From positions 314,189 to 346,188 of the forward strand of contig CAZXEQ010000003.1 in the NCBI GenBank assembly GCA_964640155.1: a stretch of DNA of 32,000 nt, read 5' to 3'. This document shows positions 27,201 to 29,095 of this stretch, in pieces. Positions within the stretch are counted from its first letter, which is position 1, and every line of letters begins with the position of its first letter. Below the pieces are notes generated by a model. It worked only from the letters and a program-made list of their open reading frames with translations. It was not told the DNA's origin and did not search any database. Source of the stretch: an uncultured bacterium (GTDB taxonomy: Bacteria; Auribacterota; JACPWU01). A program made the position numbers and the translations under genes.

Positions 27201-28988
27201 GAAGCAGTAAAGGCAGAACTTCGTGAAAAAGGGAAAACAGTTCCTTCTGATTGTTATGGAAGTCATTATGGTTTATCACGTCCACAAATTTATCTAGATA
27301 GAAATTTATTAAAAGATCCTATTCAACTGCGAATACATCTGCATCATGAGTTAGCCGAGCGTGAAGCTGTGATTCGTGCTCTTGTCTCACCAGGGTATCC
27401 CGATTGGCGTAAGAATCGAACAGATCCTAATGTTGTTAAAATTATTCACACAATGACCCATCAAAAACACAATGAACTTCTTCTCGAAGAGAGAAGAATG
27501 CCTTCGTCACCAGCGTATGGAAAAGAAAATGCTGAGGTGGAAGCTTTACTTCATCAGCTTGACCATTCAAAAAATATTTTTTGGATGTATCTTAAGAATG
27601 ATGCCAAAGCTCGCCAAATTATGAGAGAGAGGCTTTATAAGTTACTAATTCAGGGACATTTGCGTGAAAGGATTAAGTCCAGACTTTCTAGTCAAGGTTT
27701 GCAATCTATTACAGTGACAATGGGCGGAGCATCTTTATGGCGTTCAGAAAAGGATACGACTTTAGATGTAGATATATCAATTCTTACCGATGGCGATGTG
27801 AAGGATCAGGGAATATGGAGATCGGATGATTTTCTAGATATTGACTTTTCAATTTTAGGGCGTGAGGCAATTCGTCGTAAAACAGAAACAAGATTTTTAG
27901 GGCTTTTGGAGTTAACAAGCCTCACCATTATTGGCGATGCAGGATCTAGGGATTATTCTGTCGAAGACTTAGCTGAAGTGGCTGAACTTTTCATGAGAAA
28001 AGGGGACAGTGCATCTTCTCTTGGTGACACAGAAAAACAGGGCAAGAAATATTTGATGGCGTACGTACTTCTACATCATTTCTTGAGTGAAAAAGTGCGT
28101 CGAAAAGTTTCGGATTGGATTTTTGATGGGATACCATTTGAGACTTATTTCCTGAAATATTTTAAAGGTGAAATCAGTCATTTGCCATGGGGATTGGAAG
28201 TAAGTGATAGAGAAGATCGTTTCTCGGAGGTTTCTGGCATTTTATATAGAGAGCTCTCAATTTTGAGAACGAATGCTATTTTTTCTCAGCTGAGAGATAT
28301 TCTTAAGTCTGACGGGACGGAATTTATAGAAGCATTAGATAAAAAATTGGTAGATATTCTTAATCATGATTATGCTCATTTAGATGAGCGTACGAGAGAT
28401 CGTTTGATAAGTGGGGTTCTGAAAAAAATTTATGAATCGAAACATCCACTTGTAATCTCTCAAGAATTTGAACGGCTTCTCAGAAAAGAAGGTTTCTCTG
28501 AATTTGGAATTGCAGGTCTTGAAGCCTTGGCTGGAACGAAATTTTTTATACAAATAATGCATCAGGTTGGAGAAGGACGCGGATGGTATGAAGATAGTCA
28601 AATGCATAGGCAGTTTATAGAAATATATATGCGATCCCTGCTAAAGGCACAAGGTGTAGATATGCCATCTGGAAGTGCAAATAAATTGATTGCTTATGCT
28701 CTGGCGAAGTTAACAAATGATTCAGCTTCCTCATTGCCCAACGAATCTTTTGATGCATTTTTGAGAAGAAAAGGATTAGAATTTCTTTCGGATCCTTGTA
28801 CAACGTCAGATCAAAGATCTCAGAGGCTTCGCCAGCTTGCCGAACGTATTGCTGTTTTATGCCCAGATGCTGAAACACCTATGATCTCAAAATTGGTTCA
28901 AAGCGAATTAGCCCGTATGTTGCCCCCAGCTCGGGTTTCAAGTATTTCGAGGACTCCTCGAGAAGCCGCATTTGCTCAAGCGGCTTAA
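9228..28988 (+). CDS. Giant multidomain protein, 6,586 aa (signal peptide; methyltransferase, HD and nucleotidyltransferase modules; helical super-repeats; tandem modules)
   Basis: This is a single open frame of 19,761 nt in AT-rich DNA. The longest antisense ORF inside it is 127 aa. The likely true start is the ATG at 9246 (MKKLITLLLCVSLL...), and the GTG at 9228 is the longest-ORF start. The stop is TAA at 28986-28988. Confidence 0.9.
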   Translation: MVNTNLMKKLITLLLCVSLLDIQGLTLGYTETQNPSQSTELNSTLLSSWFEITSQSKTFSWSNPGIILIRDLHADGEAQLKIAKGLEAMTRQTGSTLVLEEGAVGKIDTGFLGTFPNQSIREEITKEYVKSGWVRGPEFLSIARFGELDLELRGVEDQNLYQENFAQYREVMKHKEEIETGCILLKKELIKAKKKFCSVEFRKFEEKREQFQDNQIAFDEYVKFLLHYSFSPFQHPHLSLFSDLMKKKSHINEVSAEKEKNRLVEELSQKLDKDSLGSFIRASLEYRFGRMSAQEFNQYLSWQAEKIGKNIKNYPELYKLIEWIKIQGEVDGVKLLEEIKSLEEVNINKLAKTTQEKKLKDLTRQIQAIQSFLSLELSRQDWEKYLKNTKGYDALKISQELGSILGEKPILGLEKINGILVKARKFYELARARDQIIAQNSIRSMKEVSRQRPARTTILVVGGFHATGVQEILNAQGVNYIELTPKMNHIPNASLYLTRMMDPRFKIGTIPLPCLFQEVVQALAVTVSQDAQKKIGILYINALKGRLLLELKGDTAGVQKRLLEALGLWEKQRGELSDGDKKIFKILEEEIKNPSSTESAASDISKDEIRRWMEGKEYTELHANVLIKILETFYSERKDLIEYAKDLYQKKWGRHKVRRQIFIHQDGMAMAPVLTALNKMEVFKLFEDGRSVSMGEIIRTTKGSPGYLHVAMRLFVSQGWMTRKGEEGTDNLTYTLTEDGTYILSLLDYYGPVAEFIDQAVGIDDYLFGKSRAPPADGQKKSYAQLIELSKNQWNLPPETDSRKKMLRERVIQQLNGMLLGPTMVALGMRGVFDQFNPETHSVTINQIQGNAKHLKEAFTLLEQQGWLTRNGDVFTLTHDGRSAAVLASAYGVTTSYLPLFSKLKELLKGQSREALFPRDKNNNETHVNRPMNVWASGGAHIAYFKEADKMIIEIFNRPLEEQPRGIADMGCGDGAFLIHLHEIVMRTKRGEKIKETLTKILELEREPALIKDGGAKHQEYLLAKAEYEKYKLVIVGADFNKEPRIITQGNLEKAGIKDAKIIFGNINDPKKYAEDLRALGLDPKSLLHVRSMLDHNRPYVTPKNTDHIRADRKADSGSYVNDGQVIPNNQLQQNLVEHLEGWQEHCVGDAGLLVIELHTIPPELAATKIGDTLATPYDAHHGFSDQYIAEIPTFVGAATEAGLELVEQKAFPTTTPEAATVSINYFRASAKKKVQVSWARSFGKVYAVHDGPDGIYQALRSEITKKDPQFNFDLLEKAYRFGAEKYRDIRHDGRPYIVHPLEIALYLVRVLGIVDQDAILAAILHDLVEDENVLLNEIKEMFGENVRALVDDLSEDSSYLEEQDKVYKAQNGQELTGKLAMKIEHIERVDKKSGKLCIIIKIVNRLHNLLSNEYPVRKANYGMNLLEIQRWRVFLDHHVSDIPPPLMEDIRYFLGRNKKSPDLTPEGAEITVTHDERNAPLGKRIKDSEVTELSIDEDGSLKAALVIHDSNKSESERIRDSRKWKVEDVKKAGTKLLSARNKLMQTLEARLANPESSLAKTYQYLIAAGKIENQEAFKNLLLEKAKQMSLLVVGDEQDLLSAVIHQDGPYMHCRRGVSGRPPALWMGYITLKRMSEEMLTRALLDEALHVAFPEEEHRDKKGNGTLLHDQELYEHCDQILRFANIDYIYQKMYQAQQGIIGNLEILRMDIDTISEEDILALKKIADEHPSDRISLDSREEIERCIGISRRFFDEARRIVQKLPSYLEDDVQEIAEEIRDAIRISSEEMNKNLDLAYRQWLEHRFFENPGESQPITPPAAFCQFDAAPNSLDAIMTEIRKAYGKNRFDEVLRLGSSLADAIQKGLAIPDDVHVMIGKGFLDRARRMKTQGKIENAIRDFDRAIESFVTMRDKGAVKVGEASVEKPVLIEEVSREIVVYAEGYVEKEKENSREIPLEVHFALGRAYLWSAICEKSEGNIAKAMQHCARAMDFLTHYAAATQTPVVRGAALLGARKAPTQGFNDNAMLYLSQAMIENGIIQMFAGSYDAARQIFQQTLTSNTRLGEKKAELQKFVQICKDFISVDKEIVQFSGSKDADASSLLGKLADLESRTRNNEDLPCAAAQIFLYRWMIYWKLKDASQAETNFQKALESRDDRFLIAFRSLINAMSKAKVLWNRDFLQAIAAKKGQPFLRRFLREIVKDYYRSLDLKEFREAVMEVLGFKSFREYVEWLLQEEQERAVVGVAPKKADVGSPINHPGLVAPLIEAIQVLPSDDERKVLAARPDISATPVLQAALRGEIRPIADVIRISLELRDELEKIQKIDVEVGDQIEIRQKCIDIAKKFKDVWLFTESDLVSAFWDKFFTVFSGEMNPDIEEALKIGLAWIERHSHKSHEHQRSYMYYQCGQIYYMTNLRAEATACFQKVIEQSSSAELKIRSYFSLGSLLYLEVRDLEDGAEKTSKLKQAKDLVARTLTQEALKIGAIDASVGHMMLSYICAELCEYKEAYEHLMNAKTYPGNFLYAKRKFLKSFGERFESLTSGEDLKVYKDFLVFACKQENQELRDQLIRFRSVKNRAWVRAVMEVLSNKGIALKQREAAIAFLRGMDLETESAGLIGILREQAGFALKQQPHFLWEGLELLRTCPTPEAKAFIQEILDNGNYAKAAGYRVEKINTIAKARDQYESLPDVFEVSDERAKTSKYCLTRKEWSQMLLDYWPSDSEWDEYVLERESSKLSDKFERLSVHEIRKQIEKAREEGLAYDAIIGQLEALNVSRINVNEELKNSQIRLARAQKLMDEGNFSEAAVMLYEILTGRSRVRVVGLEMIIAHERNGEDKDVFVVVLKAWELLERANYFMETRPGDSMPTLEYAKALIEKWKDKDEELRTKDPVDIMEVVRALYFLERPQDALRVLELIPPVFFDNYGYFALWRLRLMFKTDDDRFLGEYERVKEMTDPKAKNLLGKFCRERGLFSESMEAFQDAYTGADFKLTNTNETRPGAFIDAVQAAQVPIREVFEDAFLSCFDMMLGSSLRNKGADFVRVHLHENAFADMILMSAEMLYEAGCYLEALNLLNQRLNQIKEKKHLIEYHQCRGKILAALNRDDEALKAYEEAVKIDASKFEHWRDLIGIYYEKKDRSNTIRCIKRAMSVGASAETSYCVEDILKRVLGGEDDSKLWLADLLSDHSIASPVEGIVFGGEGEERNVQFTALEAQVEKVFGAKINFVFSENDIKTKNISDEIFNKIKTATKTKSPYLEEVLGEGMFNAMVQEAMRADCLGEILNLLFSEAASNITVSKGKGVAKAGRRNETLKVDGPIINAKLINMGVQVIQRLKIQGDTSLLEKIAKGPWVAETPEFQKALKGEVVRVSTAALTPDAQGPPSPGKDPDATASEVSGDEDAAILAALKECIQAYSSNQTLLAFQKALELAPRFKNLSNNPTKNPKDLETFAGEAAVLIDILSKYGDIRFDASLEEGLKAVLDWTVRAGPAFKILRVLAVHYRGKLYLKAQQFAKSRAFFATALALDPSEVKNVLPDIAEAYFQEMRMSSDVNQRRKLAQEAIPVIENDSSCNSLIALGWFYAEVGSYDKVFGVIKKLNAQRAVLAKGGKDQEKVDVDLIFRSMMARCFETLREKDIETQVRFIQVLISNQLESAFAETLERGKEQGPLWTQALIIVLNQEMSSTEKDRLIQLLKGADFRGAEEQWLEILRQKADLSDAKKKEAFFKFAIPVSARCFSLEVRDFLQTLKPGFSSSKDTTLAQAIDQAVASIEGNQAIETKISEGTSYLTLKEWQASLRRELPLAGEWDEWMLEVETAKFLEEFPWMKARKIRDELVKARQSKLDIEAVRFNLKTLEEEIQRQFFKDKNLSQLESIEQEIHKLVENGQWDEAFGYITLAREGNAKKGFPGYYQLWRNASGEEKDKYLKKLQEIRDFAEHWFFLWRFESDLKEAAKGQKGSAIDIAYERMVKPYIDTPSKLALKAPVDLGEIATCFYVVGAKRKDTALQDKAREILESINLQEVLKTDSVNIHRVVSAFKNILGYERAKAVLDMIDLAIIKKDQRLRGLYLLVFSRLNAEDAFVVEADSFERDFPDHAPHYLGLTYEARENQEKSLAYYDRAFQEAQIHGWSEKYLREHSLWLRPAGMASVEYRIRRLRGLVTDSEYHWVELIDVLSSSGRYLESMRLAKEKMRSVSPKNQIELQCHIGACYENMERREEAFTAYEAARLKSTANVETWDRIQVFCVSSFLVRHPKAGEWIKHFYNEAIKTRNTGIIDSFKNYFRKHGHPLDVNASGDITIRFLALEKIVKEACDLEITIQMPLNIACSSVVDREIGKIVIPHLKEKFPNLVGFIGDEIISGPHFDLEGKSPDFLLGLEEKLSKKETNIADAIEAGTSIISSGLVKDVKALVNSLWTRVQAGDAQAKIWLGALAQVEGVTGDFGDISIELEDGNKIIRFKKMEEDLQRDHGVHVDLVVRVSEFKDYDPRAVLDEIEGRMSADIEARLESSSNVTRALFEKWKSALVSGSLKDAGVLIRPLWKRVKAADAQARQWLADLVGLEQGRGDFGEIRIELGAKGNELCLNQVGADLIEEKLLRDDSRDEMLAGLQNALTFGLVSNPAILINSLWAKVVSGNPQAALALGRVVETVADVDGEYGTLRIETREGGVKVLHRRDFEDQFEQAFGERMPFVLTPAELKESGLKDVRAEITAYVQRKLLEKSDGETRTKVLSGLKTFFDLGLVSTETLIESFWTGAVSGDAQARESLCDVAQMDGVVGPFGKLNIQARDDGRKTFRFIEIEENFESTFSSKSNLSVSIEEFKKTGFDTVEERIAGCVLEIFKTAGQKDKDVIAGIDLALEAGLIRNAGAIMRTLLVEVKMGNDRARKWLCDVARLERAKGDFGEISIESDTRGKVLRFKEMQRLFRNAFEEGISFVEPIDQFEKEGLALIQKRIVGFVEKKMAQSDEMRGKMLKGFEAAVASGLVSDAGILVRSLYERVLKGESEGRVFLTELAAREKVLGDFGDIAIEKVDEQIVIRFRMTLGESTEFTASPEEFGQLNLPKAKEAITQSFESDLMNEDRGVREAAITRFKQTPIFSLLAENLVRSIWGKVLQGNASARRALCVLARDAGVRGDFEVIEILDSPALGVKLRLKDMESKFNEIVGKSVTFMMDVVEFEGTGLSRIQAQIISGLERGLLSDDEPIRAAAFAGFKKALEFGLVTDASILAKPLWEKAAKGDASARNDLCDFIAAGHLKGNFEGFSVVEDGRAVRLSAAEKELGEAFQGINLTISIEEFRASGLAGIQSKIIQYVIEKLESVDEAEQDKGIVALQKALQTHILPDARAIVSQLWKKVEAENVQARTALVKLLLNVEGDFEEVGIETVGEKKVLHLKEEERKYQEIFGEKINILVPVSRFLSIGLDSTAQSIIQYTETRLSVADENARTRIFAKFKNAIDQGLIKNANDLVGALLDRVISGKEEDKWARVALSRFLSLNWAETEFDGIVIEKRSKGKGSDEEKVIHFLRIENESKKNFSLGKKDILSITLVELETQGSEGILNKIMGFIKSERKYLLEILDEVKLRELLREGLENRDMEDLVVDLSYFAAKKLRETRITYLPLNSIRELLKDQKCERKDLTQVLEMLQSLRRLAGGGSVSFKKVEEETQDVLVITLPASVPRETMKQYLDREDVKGRLDPVILGYANECESKKAPIYRVILSDGSLVDSGIVDRGTLKSKQILKRLPQRGYASLEKIEGEKGGVLVFNLSDLISKETIKQYFEEQRVKSYLKFIIERYVDEYGFEKAPSYQVLLSDGSQIDDEGVKEEIEVIIKAIINERKRMAEEAAASKNGETAIDGNGLNGGAGTNGANGANDGITHVEAGSVGVEVVIGTETGASETETGDGRGFSSLQKEIYNRPVREGLKSGGWVGATFDREKVTTVSRIANDSGGEDFNSTQTLNANDQKTLTQVIESLSEEDRAHLQGLEELGGKVTVVFIDGLDEAVKAELREKGKTVPSDCYGSHYGLSRPQIYLDRNLLKDPIQLRIHLHHELAEREAVIRALVSPGYPDWRKNRTDPNVVKIIHTMTHQKHNELLLEERRMPSSPAYGKENAEVEALLHQLDHSKNIFWMYLKNDAKARQIMRERLYKLLIQGHLRERIKSRLSSQGLQSITVTMGGASLWRSEKDTTLDVDISILTDGDVKDQGIWRSDDFLDIDFSILGREAIRRKTETRFLGLLELTSLTIIGDAGSRDYSVEDLAEVAELFMRKGDSASSLGDTEKQGKKYLMAYVLLHHFLSEKVRRKVSDWIFDGIPFETYFLKYFKGEISHLPWGLEVSDREDRFSEVSGILYRELSILRTNAIFSQLRDILKSDGTEFIEALDKKLVDILNHDYAHLDERTRDRLISGVLKKIYESKHPLVISQEFERLLRKEGFSEFGIAGLEALAGTKFFIQIMHQVGEGRGWYEDSQMHRQFIEIYMRSLLKAQGVDMPSGSANKLIAYALAKLTNDSASSLPNESFDAFLRRKGLEFLSDPCTTSDQRSQRLRQLAERIAVLCPDAETPMISKLVQSELARMLPPARVSSISRTPREAAFAQAA
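9246..9311 (+). other. N-terminal signal peptide or signal anchor of the giant protein
   Basis: MKKLITLLLCVSLLDIQGLTLG has a basic n-region, a hydrophobic core and a small-residue c-region. LLLC is not a canonical lipobox. Confidence 0.6.
9415..10640 (+). other. Possible Tiki/TraB/ChaN-superfamily-like domain with a long helical insert
   Basis: IILIRDLHADGEAQLKIAKGLEAM...TLVLEEGA (9421-9540) resembles the N-lobe. ARARDQIIAQNSI plus TILVVGGFHATGVQEILNAQG (10515-10660) resembles the R(D/E)xxM... and VGxxH blocks of that superfamily. This is a by-eye match only. Confidence 0.3.
11208..12915 (+). other. Two winged-helix-like modules followed by a class I SAM-dependent methyltransferase domain
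   Basis: WH-like 1: MAPVLTALNKMEVFKLFEDGRSVSMGEIIRTTKGSPGYLHVAMRLFVSQGWMTRKG. WH-like 2: GPTMVALGMRGVFDQF...NAKHLKEAFTLLEQQGWLTRNG. MTase motif I is GIADMGCGDGAFL (12126-12164), with VIVGADFN, IIFGNINDP and LLHVRSMLDHN following. Confidence 0.65.
13044..13475 (+). other. RelA/SpoT-type HD domain ((p)ppGpp-hydrolase / Mesh1-like)
   Basis: LLEKAYRFGAEKYRDIRHDGRPYIVHPLEIALYLVRVLGIVDQDAILAAILHDLVEDE...MFGENVRALVDDLSE...IIIKIVNRLHNL aligns block for block with the SpoT N-terminal hydrolase domain (HP...HDxxED...DRxHN). The H-D codons are at 13203-13208. Confidence 0.8.
16088..18960 (+). repeat. Protein-level super-repeat, copy A (about 1,080 aa, TPR-like helical)
   Basis: Ordered anchors are shared with copy B. 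TPVLQAALRGEIRPI matches TPEFQKALKGEVVRV. LTRKEWSQML..SEWDEYVLERE matches LTLKEWQASL..GEWDEWMLEVE. GNFSEAAVMLYEIL matches GQWDEAFGYITLA. YLEALNLL...EALKAYEEA...FEHWRDL matches YLESMRLA...EAFTAYEAA...VETWDRI. NVQFTALEAQVEKVFGAKINFVF matches ITIRFLALEKIVKEACDLEITIQ. Confidence 0.75.
19275..22260 (+). repeat. Protein-level super-repeat, copy B
   Basis: The same anchors as copy A occur at in-frame offsets of 3186, 3240 and 3273 nt (1062, 1080 and 1091 aa). The nucleotide sequences have diverged. Confidence 0.75.
22426..25940 (+). repeat. Ten tandem copies of a roughly 120-aa module of unrecognised family
   Basis: Signature: (L/F/I)(W/L/Y)xxVxxG(D/N)xQAxxWLxxLA...GDFGxIxIE...hxhxhxEF...G, ending in a GL(V/I)xxAxx helix. 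The first signature residue falls at 22446, 22821, 23085, 23457, 23823, 24186, 24525, 24894, 25251 and 25611. The spacings are 125, 88, 124, 122, 121, 113, 123, 119 and 120 aa. Confidence 0.8.
26140..26660 (+). repeat. Two copies of a roughly 93-aa module
   Basis: GGSVSFKKVEEETQDVLVITLPASVPRETMKQYLDREDVKGRL...KKAPIYRVILSDGSLVD matches YASLEKIEGEKGGVLVFNLSDLISKETIKQYFEEQRVKSYL...EKAPSYQVLLSDGSQID. An identical 18-nt run TTTTAAGTGATGGTTCTC occurs at 26350-26367 and 26629-26646. Confidence 0.8.
26731..26912 (+). repeat. Gly/Asn/Ala/Thr/Glu-rich low-complexity linker
   Basis: AAASKNGETAIDGNGLNGGAGTNGANGANDG...GTETGASETETGDGRG, with reiterated AATGGTG-like DNA units. Confidence 0.7.
27660..27860 (+). 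other. Pol-beta-superfamily nucleotidyltransferase motif
   Basis: A helix then strand gives ITVTMGGASLWRSEKDTTLDVDISIL (G-G-x-S at 27723-27734, D-x-D at 27765-27773). This fits hG[GS]x9-13Dh[DE]h. A third acidic strand, FLDIDFSIL (27837-27845), follows. Confidence 0.5.
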
Positions 28989-29095
28989 TTTTGTGAAAAC
29001 GCTGTCTTCTAAATGTAACCCGTGTATTTCCTACTCTCTGTCAGACGAATTTGTAGAGAAAATTAAATGTGCAAAGAGCAGGGAATAAAAAGTAT

